46,403 bases of DNA from a virus (lineage: Duplodnaviria > Caudoviricetes). Under the pieces are notes generated by a model, which did no database searches, had not been told where the DNA came from, and saw only the letters and a program-made list of their open reading frames with translations. Location of the stretch: positions 1-46,403 of IMG/VR virus record IMGVR_UViG_3300044667_000191. The stretch is one strand, 5' to 3'. The translations under genes and the position numbers were made by a program. The stretch's first letter is position 1; every line of letters starts with the position of its first letter. Positions 1 to 9,257 of the stretch are shown here, piece by piece.

Positions 1-127
1 TCTGGGTGGGATATGGAAGCCCTGGGTCACGATGTCACGCTCCAACAATTTATGAATTCACCTCAAATTCAAGACGCAATCGCTAGATATAAGCTATCGC
101 AATATCTTAGACAGTATGGATCCCCCG
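1..127. repeat. Terminal direct repeat, left copy (identical to 46277-46403); most likely a circular-assembly overlap
   Basis: Exact 127-nt identity between the two ends; 127 is a common maximum assembler k-mer; the repeat lies mid-ORF. Confidence 0.92.
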
Positions 128-252
128 CTGCCGCTGCTGTTGCTTGGTACGGTGGCCCCGGTGCAGTTTCGCATATGTACGACAGAAATCCACAAGCCGG
201 AGGATATCCTTCACTTTATGCATATTGGCAGAGCGTTCTCTCGAAAATGTAA
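1..252 (+). CDS. 3' part of the lytic transglycosylase-like virion protein that starts at 45929 and crosses the junction
   Basis: Position 1 (=46277) is in frame with ATG 45929 (348 nt, 116 codons); AWYGGPG resembles the SLT motif III region. Confidence 0.85.
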   Translation, partial: SGWDMEALGHDVTLQQFMNSPQIQDAIARYKLSQYLRQYGSPAAAAVAWYGGPGAVSHMYDRNPQAGGYPSLYAYWQSVLSKM

Positions 253-270
253 AAGTGAGGGAAATTGGTT

Positions 271-453
271 ATGGTGGAAGATAGAAATCCCCGAACATTT
301 CGAGAGGTTGGAATGCTTATTGCCTCTGTAAAAAGTGATCTAGAAAGAGTTGAAAAGAAAGTAGATAGACTCCTTTCTGTATTCATTGTATCTATTATCT
401 GTCCAATCGTGGTAGCGGTAACCGTTGCAGTTATCATCAAAAATTCAAAATAG
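271..453 (+). CDS. Small coiled-coil protein with C-terminal transmembrane helix (holin-like candidate)
   Basis: GAGGGA RBS before ATG 271; hydrophobic LLSVFIVSIICPIVVAVTVAVII followed by KNSK. Confidence 0.6.
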   Translation: MVEDRNPRTFREVGMLIASVKSDLERVEKKVDRLLSVFIVSIICPIVVAVTVAVIIKNSK

Positions 454-591
454 AATCCGGACAAACCCATCAAATGTTCCTCATGATCGGGCAAAGTTAA
501 GCATATGATGATAAATGGAACATTAAAGTTACCACAAGTTAACGGTGTGTTAAGCATTGACGCCCTGATCAGGGCGTCTTAGGGTTCTTGC

Positions 592-897
592 ATGGGGAGC
601 CAATTCAGTTGGCAGAATGGAGCCGCATGCAAAGGGGTACCCTCGTACATTTTTTTCCCCGATGAAAAGCGCCCCAAGAAAGATGAGTACGCCGGAAAAA
701 CGTACCACAATTGGTGCTGCTCGTGCATTGTGCGGATTAAGTGTCGTGAGTTTGCGTACCTTCATGACATGCAAGGAATATGGGGAGATTCTACGGAATC
801 AGAAAGGGCGGCAATACAATCGCCCGAAGACAGAAGAGAATTGCGCGAGTACAAAGGAGATAACGGGGATTACTGGCCGTTGTACGGTCATGCGTAA
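592..897 (+). CDS. whiB: WhiB-family Fe-S transcription factor
   Basis: W-x4-AC...FFP...CxxC-x-V-x3-C...GIWG-x2-TESER signature; this family marks an actinobacterial host. Confidence 0.92.
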   Translation: MGSQFSWQNGAACKGVPSYIFFPDEKRPKKDEYAGKTYHNWCCSCIVRIKCREFAYLHDMQGIWGDSTESERAAIQSPEDRRELREYKGDNGDYWPLYGHA

Positions 898-909
898 TAT
901 GTGAACATG

Positions 910-946
910 AAAAAGCCCCTCGGCAGGGAGTACCGAGGGGCTTTCA
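910..946. terminator. Bidirectional intrinsic terminator where the two arms converge
   Basis: Stem AAAGCCCCTCGG (912-923) / CCGAGGGGCTTT (933-944) with A/T tracts on both sides, between convergent stop codons. Confidence 0.85.
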
Positions 947-953
947 CGTGTGC

Positions 954-1271
954 CTAATTAATTGGCCTTGGAGTCACGAGAGCGGGATGTATTACTTCTA
1001 GAATCCTTACTTCCATTCTTTGCCTATCAAGGCTAAACTTAATTACCAGTGCCCCACCAGGACAATCGATGAGAGATATGCTATATTCGTGACCACCCGG
1101 CTGATTAGGCTCCCGTGCGAATTTCTCTGGCTCATATTCCATGATCCGCATAATACTGTAAGTATTAGTTTTTGCTTCAAAAGCAAGACCGTAGATATTC
1201 GCTTCTGCCAATTTTGAGGGAATAACCGCCCATGGACCGGGTCCATCTGATATTCTCACGTCAGCCATCAA
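954..1271 (-). CDS. Hypothetical protein
   Basis: GGAG RBS; overlaps the upstream stop; last gene of the left arm. Confidence 0.7.
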   Translation of the reverse strand: MMADVRISDGPGPWAVIPSKLAEANIYGLAFEAKTNTYSIMRIMEYEPEKFAREPNQPGGHEYSISLIDCPGGALVIKFSLDRQRMEVRILEVIHPALVTPRPIN

Positions 1272-1494
1272 TATACTCCTTATGAAGCTCCCTTCTTAGA
1301 CGGAAGAATTCTATTGACCATACTACATTTATGCCAGCAGCAATAACCAGAAGAAAGGTAGTTACTGTATCATTCTCGTTCATTATGTGAAGATACAGAT
1401 TCACAAAGAAACTCATTGCTGCATTGATGCCAAATTCCCAGCTCACAAGGGAAAATACTTTACCAAGGACAGGAGGAGTTAACTTTTTTGTCAT
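1261..1494 (-). CDS. Small two-TM membrane protein
   Basis: Two hydrophobic segments; start overlaps the stop of the resolvase gene. Confidence 0.7.
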   Translation of the reverse strand: MTKKLTPPVLGKVFSLVSWEFGINAAMSFFVNLYLHIMNENDTVTTFLLVIAAGINVVWSIEFFRLRRELHKEYIDG

Positions 1495-2024
1495 TAAATT
1501 GTCTCCTGTCCAAATTTTGTTACATCGTCAACGCCGAGAATCATATTCCGCTTACGCATGAAATGGACTCCATGAATGTAAGCGGAAATATCATCCGGAA
1601 GATGCCCTTTGGGGACCTTAAAGTCACACCACTTTACACCCATAGGCAGGACATCCTTTGGCTCCTGGGTGACAAATTGAGCACCTTGCCATTGCGCGTA
1701 CATTTCACACGCACCGATTACGCGAATTGTTAGCTGTTCGCTCCAGAAATCTTTCGCACTAATGACGCCACCGAATTGCGACCGTCCATACGGAGAGCGT
1801 CCTCTCGGGTTTGTGTTTTCTGGCGGGCGAGTTCGATAATTTTCACAAACTACCGTACCTACATCGCCTAGACCTTGTGCAGTTTTCAGGAGATCATACA
1901 ATTCTGAAGGGCCATTCAGAATTGTCTTGATTCTCAAGTCTGCTTTCTTCGTTTCAGGAAAATACCTGAACATGCAAAATCCGATTCGAACTTCACCCGG
2001 ATCCACTGCAATAAGTAGGCTCAA
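1494..2024 (-). CDS. RuvC-like Holliday junction resolvase
   Basis: N-terminal IAVDPG, central VVCE, C-terminal DDISA; RNase H-fold acidic residues in RuvC spacing. Confidence 0.8.
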   Translation of the reverse strand: MSLLIAVDPGEVRIGFCMFRYFPETKKADLRIKTILNGPSELYDLLKTAQGLGDVGTVVCENYRTRPPENTNPRGRSPYGRSQFGGVISAKDFWSEQLTIRVIGACEMYAQWQGAQFVTQEPKDVLPMGVKWCDFKVPKGHLPDDISAYIHGVHFMRKRNMILGVDDVTKFGQETI

Positions 2025-2206
2025 TCTGTCTCCAACAATTTATTGACTTTTTCAAGAAGCGCCCTGAGATCTTTTCTATTCCTTTCATTATAATCGATAT
2101 GAATATTTTTACTACCATTATAAACCAAAGATTCAATAAGAAGACACTCCTTGGGAGATAGAATCAAGATAAGTCTTTCAGGGAGCTTACTATAATCAGT
2201 CGTCAT
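2021..2206 (-). CDS. Hypothetical protein (start re-called to ATG 2206)
   Basis: GGTGGGAG RBS before MTTDYSK; fills the gap between flanking genes. Confidence 0.6.
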   Translation of the reverse strand: MTTDYSKLPERLILILSPKECLLIESLVYNGSKNIHIDYNERNRKDLRALLEKVNKLLETD

Positions 2207-3242
2207 CTCCACCACTAATATTAGTAAAATCAATACCTTTCAAAGCCTCAGCAAACGAAAGACCCTTTGCAACCTTTTCTGCTTCTCGCTTCTTTTCTGG
2301 GTCAAGCGGCTGAAGTGGGATCGGATCTCTTCTGCGAAACAGAACAGGAGGCTCCGTCGGAAGAAGCATCATAAATGGTGCGAATTCAGCAGCAAATCTG
2401 GCCTTAGGGTTCATGAGATAGACTACCTTATATTTGCCCTTTTCTGCTTGTGCTTCTTTAGATTTCTTTTCATGATGCATAAGCAATACGGAAGATGCGG
2501 ATTGAGCTACTCCGGAATGACCGAAAAGCTCATCCACCGTAACATCTTCCATATTGCCTACAATTCCAGCCGGAAGCTTTCGTGTGTGAGAAATACAAAT
2601 CATCCACACATCTAGCTTATGGCGAAGCATGTAAAGATTATCAATTGTAGCATTAACCTGAGTGTCATCTTTCAGTGAATCTGCAAAGCTCACTGAGGCT
2701 GAATCGATGATTACTCCTGTCGCCCCAGTTGCTCTGATAAGCCAAAACAAATCGGCAACATCAGAATTCTTCCAGAGTTTAAACGGGTCAGGCTGACAGT
2801 ATGTTTCTAGTCCTTCACTAAGAAGCTTTTTGTCTACATCTGAAATATCAGGATACATGCCATGAAATCGAAACTGAAGCTCCGGCTTTGGCATCTCTAG
2901 ACTTAGGACTAGAATTTTTTGTTGTGGAATATCTTTCCCGATCTTCAGGGTCATTGTATCTTTGCCGTGAAGCATGTTTACGGCAATCTGAAGAACGAGA
3001 TTTGTTTTTCCAGTACCGGAGCGAGCACCAACGTACATTAGTCCACGATCCGGCAACAGACCTTCAATTACCCACTTAATCCTTTCTGTTGAATCGTAGA
3101 TCTCCCCGAAATTAAAAGTCTTTCGAACTACGATCCCAGGTGGGATAAGTGGCTTTTCGCGCTCTTGGTCGGGAGCGAGCGAGATTTCATTTTGTTCTCC
3201 CTCCTCGCTTTCAATTTCTAGAGACTGGTCAAACTCCTCCAA
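2196..3242 (-). CDS. RepA/DnaB-like (AAA_25-type) helicase with no attached primase domain
   Basis: WVIEGLLP...Walker A GARSGTGKT, LSLEM, Walker B VIIDS, SHTRK, LFGHSG. Confidence 0.85.
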   Translation of the reverse strand: MEEFDQSLEIESEEGEQNEISLAPDQEREKPLIPPGIVVRKTFNFGEIYDSTERIKWVIEGLLPDRGLMYVGARSGTGKTNLVLQIAVNMLHGKDTMTLKIGKDIPQQKILVLSLEMPKPELQFRFHGMYPDISDVDKKLLSEGLETYCQPDPFKLWKNSDVADLFWLIRATGATGVIIDSASVSFADSLKDDTQVNATIDNLYMLRHKLDVWMICISHTRKLPAGIVGNMEDVTVDELFGHSGVAQSASSVLLMHHEKKSKEAQAEKGKYKVVYLMNPKARFAAEFAPFMMLLPTEPPVLFRRRDPIPLQPLDPEKKREAEKVAKGLSFAEALKGIDFTNISGGDDD

Positions 3243-3261
3243 ACCTACTCCCTTTAAGTAG

Positions 3262-3291
3262 CACCGGGGGACTTGTGAGGGTCCCCCGGTG
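3262..3291. terminator. GC-rich hairpin (terminator or processing site) upstream of the helicase
   Basis: Perfect 11-bp stem GCACCGGGGAC / GTCCCCGGTGC in an intergenic gap. Confidence 0.55.
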
Positions 3292-3324
3292 CATTTTCAC
3301 CCAGTCCGCCGATTGGATGAAAGC

Positions 3325-3525
3325 TTACTCAGCTTCAGGGTCATATTCATCGTCGTAGCCAAGCCCTTTAATTCGAAGGGCTCCCCCACCTGCGTACGAA
3401 AAATAGACCTTTTCAATTTCGAGGAGAGATCCATCAGGAGTCTCCAATAGTACCGGACTTTTTTTTGATTCGGTAGTCATCTCGATTTGACTGAGAAGAT
3501 TACGAATCAATTCTTCAACAGTCAC
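3325..3525 (-). CDS. Hypothetical protein
   Basis: GAGGAG RBS; GTGA overlap with the upstream gene. Confidence 0.7.
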   Translation of the reverse strand: MTVEELIRNLLSQIEMTTESKKSPVLLETPDGSLLEIEKVYFSYAGGGALRIKGLGYDDEYDPEAE

Positions 3526-3827
3526 TCCTCGTCATCTTCTGTCAAATCAACGGAAAGGCCATCCACATCAAGGAACACCTTCGTCTTTACCGTGACCTCA
3601 GCATTACCCAGAAGTTCTGCGATTTCAGCCCGCTTAGCGTCCGCGATTTCCTGTCCGTTTTCGAACCGAACCTGAACGCTGTCAGCGACCATGTCGTCAT
3701 CGTACTCGGCCGCAAGCTGAGAAATTTGGCTCGTGAAGTCGGCCTTTTCCTGCTTTGACCACGGGGCAGTAGACCACACCTCAAAGGTAATTCGAGTCGC
3801 ACCCTTAGGGGCATCATTCGGGGTCAT
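3522..3827 (-). CDS. Hypothetical acidic protein
   Basis: AAGGAG RBS before ATG. Confidence 0.75.
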   Translation of the reverse strand: MTPNDAPKGATRITFEVWSTAPWSKQEKADFTSQISQLAAEYDDDMVADSVQVRFENGQEIADAKRAEIAELLGNAEVTVKTKVFLDVDGLSVDLTEDDEE

Positions 3828-3869
3828 TGCGTCGCTCCTTTTGTGTTACCAAGGCTAATTGTCTTGGCA

Positions 3870-3913
3870 CCCCAAATGCCCGAAACCGTAAGATACGGTC
3901 CGGGCTATTTGGG
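3870..3913 (-). terminator. Interrupted hairpin downstream of the SSB gene
   Basis: CCCAAAT-GCCCG-AA-ACCGTA-AGA-TACGGT-C-CGGGC-T-ATTTGGG. Confidence 0.5.
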
Positions 3914-3930
3914 CCTAAGCCTTTAGATGT

Positions 3931-4617
3931 TTACGCCCTACCTTCCACTTCGTCACGCATTGCCCTTTCTGCGGCCGAAATTCCACCACTGCTGGCCGAA
4001 TTTCCAGTCGGCTGGGCGAATTCATTCATGCCTTCGGATGATGCCCCACTGACCTGCGCCATAAGCGCATTATACTCTTCCGTACCCGGTTCGGGCATAC
4101 GCTTGAGACCCTGGGGAGAAAATCGAATTTCCCAGTAACCGCTCTCTTCATTCATGACCGCCTTAAGGCGAGTCAGGAATGGCCTACCGATCGTGTTTTT
4201 CGGGCGCGCCTGATTCATTTGGTCAACATTGTGACCAACAGCCCAAAGAAGCTTCTTGAAGTTTGACGCTACGGTCATGTCGTCCGGGTTGTTCTCAGGA
4301 TCGAAAACATTTCCGGTACTGTCCTGAATTGCCTTGGGGGTCGGAATCTGGTACCACCGACCGAATCCACGAAGCTTTTCGTACTTCGGCTCCATGTATT
4401 CGAAGACGAAATACGACCCAAACTTACCAGTAGGGGAAACCTTCGGCTGCCGCCATTCCTTGATTGCGATGATGTGATACCCATTACCAAAGTTGAACGG
4501 GTCATCGGCGACATCTTCGACCTTTACGCCAGAATCGGCGAAAAAGCCTCCACCTTCCCAGGAATCACCCCAGGCATTCGGGTCCTCGTTTTCCTGTTCC
4601 GGAGAATACTCCGACAT
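3931..4617 (-). CDS. Probable single-stranded DNA-binding protein
   Basis: Aromatic beta-rich core with acidic flexible ends; directly downstream of the AAA ATPase, as in Sak4-SSB modules. Confidence 0.6.
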   Translation of the reverse strand: MSEYSPEQENEDPNAWGDSWEGGGFFADSGVKVEDVADDPFNFGNGYHIIAIKEWRQPKVSPTGKFGSYFVFEYMEPKYEKLRGFGRWYQIPTPKAIQDSTGNVFDPENNPDDMTVASNFKKLLWAVGHNVDQMNQARPKNTIGRPFLTRLKAVMNEESGYWEIRFSPQGLKRMPEPGTEEYNALMAQVSGASSEGMNEFAQPTGNSASSGGISAAERAMRDEVEGRA

Positions 4618-5409
4618 TTACTGACCTGCTTTCCACTTGGCGATTTGCTCCACGAATTCCTCATCAGTGAGGATTGATTTGCCGAAGTTGAGTCGCGTTT
4701 TAGCTGCGACCATATCACCTGGCATGACCCGAATCTGACGGCCGGTTGGGCCACCTTTGTGCAACCATCCCATGACAGAAACATATTTCGCCATGAGCTT
4801 ATATGCTGCGCCGTGCATATCGGGTCGAGTCGATGCGCCTGGCACCGACTTATCACCTACTCTCAAATGTGCAAGCAACGTGACTGAACAATTCGTCATG
4901 CCTGCAATCATTCTCATGAGAGGGGCGAAGTTCTGTTCCGACAAAAGGTATGTCGGTTGTGTCGGAATATTTTCCGCGAGCTTGCCCTTATCTGTTTGGA
5001 TTTCGCGGTCTTCAATAATCCGACGAATTTCAGTACCTACGATTCCGGAAACCGTGTCAAGGACTACATTGTCTACTGGCTTTCCGTTTCGGCCAATAAA
5101 TTGACCATTCTCGCAAGCACGCAAAGCTAGCTTAAGTCGAGTATACCCTATTCCGTTGGGAGCATCATCTCGACCATCAAATAGGAGAGCCTCTGACTTC
5201 TGGTCCAATTCTGGATGATTCTTAAGAGAAAGAATTCCCTCTTCATCGGTTACAAAGAGATTCGACTCCCCGAGCTTTGCAGCGAGTACCGTCTTCCCCA
5301 ATCCTTGGTCAGAGAAAATTGCAATCTTTCGACCTTTAATATCAGCAGAAGTAAAAGTTCTTTTTTCGAGCCACTTCAAAGCTCCAGGATCCAACGGCTC
5401 AAGAGCCAT
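4618..5409 (-). CDS. AAA_24/Sak4-like recombination ATPase
   Basis: Walker A SDQGLGKT, DEEG, Walker B VVLDTVS, LLAH, C-terminal AKTR. Confidence 0.8.
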   Translation of the reverse strand: MALEPLDPGALKWLEKRTFTSADIKGRKIAIFSDQGLGKTVLAAKLGESNLFVTDEEGILSLKNHPELDQKSEALLFDGRDDAPNGIGYTRLKLALRACENGQFIGRNGKPVDNVVLDTVSGIVGTEIRRIIEDREIQTDKGKLAENIPTQPTYLLSEQNFAPLMRMIAGMTNCSVTLLAHLRVGDKSVPGASTRPDMHGAAYKLMAKYVSVMGWLHKGGPTGRQIRVMPGDMVAAKTRLNFGKSILTDEEFVEQIAKWKAGQ

Positions 5410-5689
5410 TTACGTCACCTTCCAAGTGGACTAGCTGGGAAATTGTAATACTCTCTGCCAGAATAATTCTCTCACCTTTCAAATGTGCGTCTTCCATTGC
5501 AGAGGTAAGCGCCTCTTTCTCGTTTTCCCCATTTACCGCATGAAAGGTTACATTACTACCGTACCGAAACTCCACCATCCAAACCCGCTTGGTGAAATCA
5601 ATCGGTACATCGGGCTTTCGCTCGCTGCCGACGAAGTGAATACTTTCAGAGTCACCCAACTCATTTGGCTCATTTTCACTGTCCGCCAT
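5399..5689 (-). CDS. Hypothetical protein (start re-called to ATG 5689)
   Basis: GGAGG RBS before MADSENE. Confidence 0.7.
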   Translation of the reverse strand: MADSENEPNELGDSESIHFVGSERKPDVPIDFTKRVWMVEFRYGSNVTFHAVNGENEKEALTSAMEDAHLKGERIILAESITISQLVHLEGDVNGS

Positions 5690-6611
5690 CGAGCGCCTCC
5701 AAATCTTGATACCCATAAGTATTGCGCTCATAGTCGGCAGCGATCGTAGGGGTCGGATCCCCTCCTTCAATAACTACCTCGCAAATCTGACTGTAATCAC
5801 AGAATTTGCAAGAATTCGTCGCGAGGTTCATCGTCACTCGCTCCATTGCCTCGGCGAAAGGCATTTGCTTGAGTGCAGCAATTCGCCTAGCAATTGACAA
5901 GTGATTCTGGTAAACCGACTCAGTCATCTTCCTCGTCGGTACAACAAACTTCCGATCGAAAAGCTGAGCAGGAGAAGGGTCGGCCATATCCCTTGTGCGA
6001 ATGAAGTTAAAAATCCCACGGCGAATTACGGGAGTCGGATGACCTCTGAAACCGTTTTCGCGCAGCGCTCGAATATAGAGGGGAAGTTGAGAATTCAGGT
6101 TAAACATAACCTGAGGCCACCAGTCATTAGTGGTCTTATGGTCTACCGGTGAAATCTCGCCAGCGTATTCACCTCGACGCTGGTAAATCACCATATCGAG
6201 CCGCATTGGCAGGTAGAAATCGTCTCCCGGCTCAGCTTCCATTGCATGAAAGTTTTCCGTTGAAATGATTTCCCAGTTTTCAACGTCAGATTTGTAGTGA
6301 GCAAAATACTTGCCCATAATATCGTACAGGCGTCGAAGCATTTCCATCTTCGGCCCGTCCGACATTTCAGAAGCCTTCAACCGCTCTTGACGAACGACAT
6401 GCATGCCAATTTCGACAGCCATGTTATAATCGATATCCTGCTTAATTGCACCGTAGAATACCTCAAGCGCACTATGCGCGATTATTCCACGAGTCCGAGC
6501 AGGACCAAATGACTTCTTTGCGAGCAAAGATTGTGGGTGATACTTTCGCAACCACGCGGTTTGACAACCGTTGAATTCGTTAACTTCGGAATTAGAAATC
6601 CCGATACGCAT
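5676..6611 (-). CDS. PD-(D/E)XK (Cas4/RecB-like) exonuclease
   Basis: S-x-S...C, RG-x3-H-x2-LE, RLD, DHKT, QLPLY, and C-terminal CKFCDYSQIC Fe-S cysteines. Confidence 0.85.
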   Translation of the reverse strand: MRIGISNSEVNEFNGCQTAWLRKYHPQSLLAKKSFGPARTRGIIAHSALEVFYGAIKQDIDYNMAVEIGMHVVRQERLKASEMSDGPKMEMLRRLYDIMGKYFAHYKSDVENWEIISTENFHAMEAEPGDDFYLPMRLDMVIYQRRGEYAGEISPVDHKTTNDWWPQVMFNLNSQLPLYIRALRENGFRGHPTPVIRRGIFNFIRTRDMADPSPAQLFDRKFVVPTRKMTESVYQNHLSIARRIAALKQMPFAEAMERVTMNLATNSCKFCDYSQICEVVIEGGDPTPTIAADYERNTYGYQDLEALDGGQ

Positions 6612-6705
6612 AGGGTTATCCCTTGCTTAATTTACTATGGAATGCCAGGGCCACCAAAGCATTCCTTCTGACCGTTCATGCGTGAATCTCAGGGCCACCA
6701 TTAAT

Positions 6706-6993
6706 TCACGCACAATTTTTGCAGTAGCAGATCGCTAGCGTGACTCGGCCATTCGGCCAGACCTTGAATCGCTCTTGCTCGAAGTCAACGAATTCAATTC
6801 CGCACTCGTAGCATTCGCGAATTCCCACTAGCGGGGACGGCTTACCGCAAGCGTAGCATACCGCACGCTGGGTAGTTGGGTCTACCGTCCACCCACCTGC
6901 ATCGTTCGTTCTTTTGACACAGTAACAGAACAATGCGCGCTTTGTTTCGAATGGGATTCTTTGGGGTGGTTTGTCCAGTTCTTCAATTTCCAA
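6706..6993 (-). CDS. Cys-rich zinc-binding hypothetical protein
   Basis: Multiple CxC/CxxC pairs. Confidence 0.6.
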   Translation of the reverse strand: MEIEELDKPPQRIPFETKRALFCYCVKRTNDAGGWTVDPTTQRAVCYACGKPSPLVGIRECYECGIEFVDFEQERFKVWPNGRVTLAICYCKNCA

Positions 6994-6996
6994 TTT

Positions 6997-7230
6997 TCAC
7001 AACCAATCTTTGACAATTCTAAGTGTATTCACCGGCTTGCAAACCAAGCAGGGAAAGTATCCCCAATTGCAAGCTTGCGTCAATTCCACCTGACGACGAG
7101 TCCAATGATTGATAGACAAACCTTCGAGATCTGGATTATTAAGATTCTGACCCCGACGCAAAGCTTCGCAATTAGACTTGTGATACTTCCTTCCACCTTT
7201 AGTAACGGTGACCATTACTGCTGACATCAA
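6997..7230 (-). CDS. Small zinc-binding protein (Ada metal-binding-like pattern)
   Basis: VTKGGRKYH-x3-C...GYFPCLVC; GGAGG RBS. Confidence 0.65.
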   Translation of the reverse strand: MMSAVMVTVTKGGRKYHKSNCEALRRGQNLNNPDLEGLSINHWTRRQVELTQACNWGYFPCLVCKPVNTLRIVKDWL

Positions 7231-7487
7231 TCCTCCAATTCAATTTCATCACTGTATCGAGTTGAGCCTGGATTGAAATAACGAAGTACGATTCGACCTG
7301 TACCATAAATATCAACGTCAATTTCAACACCAGAATACTTTTTAAACACCTCCTCAATTTCCTTTTTCGCCAAAAAAAGCTTTTCCTTGCCAGGGCTTAC
7401 ATATCTATCACATTCACGATGTTGACAGATATCCTGTTTACATGGGCCTTCGTGCTCGTGCAGACAGTGAGATTTCATTTCAGCCAC
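7227..7487 (-). CDS. Hypothetical protein
   Basis: Fills the operon gap; Cys/His-rich N-terminus; start uncertain. Confidence 0.6.
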   Translation of the reverse strand: MAEMKSHCLHEHEGPCKQDICQHRECDRYVSPGKEKLFLAKKEIEEVFKKYSGVEIDVDIYGTGRIVLRYFNPGSTRYSDEIELED

Positions 7488-7493
7488 TTTTTA

Positions 7494-7922
7494 TTAATCC
7501 CCTAAATCTCTCGGATTCAGCGCTCCGCCTTCACCTTCCCAAGTATGGATTGCAATACGCATTTCAATATAGCGCTTCGACATCTTCTTTGGATAGTTAA
7601 CTCTCTTTCTTCTTTTTCCCTGCTTCGGCTCTCTCGCTCGCTTCTCAGATTCATAAAAGCTTGCAAGCTTAGTATTAACTCTATTGAGAAGACGTGGAAG
7701 ATTTCCTTTTTTATTTTTTGTTAGATGAAGGATATTAAACTCCTTGCAGGGGTATTCAGGACAAAAATAAACGAAAAGCTCCCAACCTTTATCCCTGAAC
7801 CTATCCCGAGCAAGACTAGCGGCTTCAGACACCTTAGAGAAGGAAGATCCTTTATTTAGCCTCTTCGGACAATATAATGCCTTTTTCAATCTTTTGCCTT
7901 CACTAGAGTTTTCCCATTCCAA
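7494..7922 (-). CDS. Basic hypothetical protein
   Basis: K/R-rich ORF with C...C..C..H residues; start uncertain. Confidence 0.6.
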   Translation of the reverse strand: MEWENSSEGKRLKKALYCPKRLNKGSSFSKVSEAASLARDRFRDKGWELFVYFCPEYPCKEFNILHLTKNKKGNLPRLLNRVNTKLASFYESEKRAREPKQGKRRKRVNYPKKMSKRYIEMRIAIHTWEGEGGALNPRDLGD

Positions 7923-8479
7923 AATTCTTCATTTAGAGCTACATCAACAGGCGATGCCATGCGTGGATTATGCGGATCATATATTGCTCCCCAAACATAA
8001 TCAGGGTCATTCAATGTATGCCATCTATTGTGACAGAAATGACATATTCTATGAACATTTCCTTTTTCATTATTCAATGTATTCTTATCCGGGCCGTGGT
8101 GGCGGGCCTCCTGTTTTCCATTCAGACATCCTATAATAGGAAGTTTCCCGCCACCGCAATTCTTTTTCATCTGCCATTCGCAATCCGCTTCTGTGTCTAG
8201 CGGATACATTTTGGCAGCACGCTTTCGACCCGTAGACTGCTGATCTTTTAGCGCTGAATCATCTTTGTACGTGCGGAATGCTTGTGCGTCTTCCGATTCC
8301 TGATTATGATCCTCCGAATTTGACGAATCCCTAGAATCATCAACAGTACCAATGCTACCCAAAGGAGAAGGAATACGAATATCTCCATCTGGGAAAAAGC
8401 TAACATCGTCATTGTCTTCACAATTTCCCTTCAGTCGGCATTCATGAAAATCACCTTGGAGACACGCTACACATTTCAT
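7886..8479 (-). CDS. HNH-family nuclease-like protein
   Basis: RHHGPDKNTLNNEKGNVHRICHFCHNRWH matches HH...N...N...CxxCH...H. Confidence 0.7.
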   Translation of the reverse strand: MKCVACLQGDFHECRLKGNCEDNDDVSFFPDGDIRIPSPLGSIGTVDDSRDSSNSEDHNQESEDAQAFRTYKDDSALKDQQSTGRKRAAKMYPLDTEADCEWQMKKNCGGGKLPIIGCLNGKQEARHHGPDKNTLNNEKGNVHRICHFCHNRWHTLNDPDYVWGAIYDPHNPRMASPVDVALNEEFWNGKTLVKAKD

Positions 8480-8506
8480 GCCTCTATTATAGCTTAGGTT
8501 CGTTAA

Positions 8507-8698
8507 TTAGAAAAGGTTATGACAACCGTCCTCATGCCACTCACGATGATTACGACGCAATTCAATTGCATAGTCCTCATCGTCAGCATAATCTGACCAA
8601 CCACATTCGAGCAAAGAACATTCAATTTTAAGAGAAGGACTGATTGTAACTTCAGGCGGCTCCGTGTAAACCCAAGGAGTATACACTATTGCATTCAT
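8507..8698 (-). CDS. Small C2H2-like zinc-finger protein
   Basis: C-x4-CGW...H-x3-H; GGGAG RBS. Confidence 0.6.
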   Translation of the reverse strand: MNAIVYTPWVYTEPPEVTISPSLKIECSLLECGWSDYADDEDYAIELRRNHREWHEDGCHNLF

Positions 8699-8721
8699 CG
8701 TCGCTCCCCAGTGACGAAATG

Positions 8722-8919
8722 CTAATGAGTAAACTGGTTATATACCTCATCAAGTTCGTACTCAGTCAAAGCCATGATTTCTTCATGATTCAATTCATCA
8801 TCAAGAATAGTATTGAAAATCTTTTGCAGACCTTCGCGAACCAAAAGCAAACCTTCAGCTACTCCAGCGCTGTGGCGTACTTTTCGTCTTGCATTTCCGA
8901 GATCCCGTTCATTAATCAT
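8722..8919 (-). CDS. Hypothetical protein (start re-called to ATG 8919)
   Basis: GGAGGAAAA directly before MINERDLG. Confidence 0.7.
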   Translation of the reverse strand: MINERDLGNARRKVRHSAGVAEGLLLVREGLQKIFNTILDDELNHEEIMALTEYELDEVYNQFTH

Positions 8920-8992
8920 TTTTCCTCCAAAAACGCAAAACGGCGAATCATCTTGGAGTATCTGGCCTTCCAATTCGAATTAATCGAACTGG

Positions 8993-9253
8993 CAGATTCC
9001 GAGTGGCCCTACGAAATCACTTAACCAGACTTGCAAGATAATTCGCCGTCATTGCGGTGGAGCAATTACGCCCACTTACTTCCCCCTAATTCCCCGAGAG
9101 GTACGGTCAGTCAAAACCTCTCGGGGAAATTACTAGGGAGCGACGCTACCACCCGTGGTGGCCCGTCATAGTTAGTGTAGCACCTACACCGCCGACTATC
9201 AGCCTTGCAAATATGGACAAAGTGTGCTTCGGATCGAGCCACTTGCCGGTCTG
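8993..9253 (-). ncRNA. ~260-nt structured non-coding RNA of unrecognised family
   Basis: Fills an ORF-free gap. Nested helices: AGTGGCTC/GGGCCACT, CGAAG/TTTCG, CACTT/AAGTG, TTTGCAAG/CTTGCAAG, GATAGTCG/CGAATTATC, plus a perfect 13-bp hairpin (9090-9102/9116-9128). G-U pairs favour the minus strand. Confidence 0.7.
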
Positions 9254-9257
9254 TGGC

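Noticed and set aside
1-127. 127-bp end repeat as a biological terminal repeat
   Set aside because: Its length equals a standard assembler k-mer and it falls mid-gene; true ends need read-level analysis.
5676-6611. CRISPR-Cas system suggested by the Cas4-like nuclease
   Set aside because: No repeat-spacer array or other cas genes seen; such nucleases are common in phage recombination modules.
6627-6702. 24-codon mini-ORF (MVALRFTHERSEGMLWWPWHSIVN) upstream of the exonuclease
   Set aside because: No RBS; the sequence is better explained by the hairpin and repeated motif.
8993-9253. Group I intron or retron msr-msd
   Set aside because: No interrupted gene or recognisable P7 core, and no reverse transcriptase in the window.
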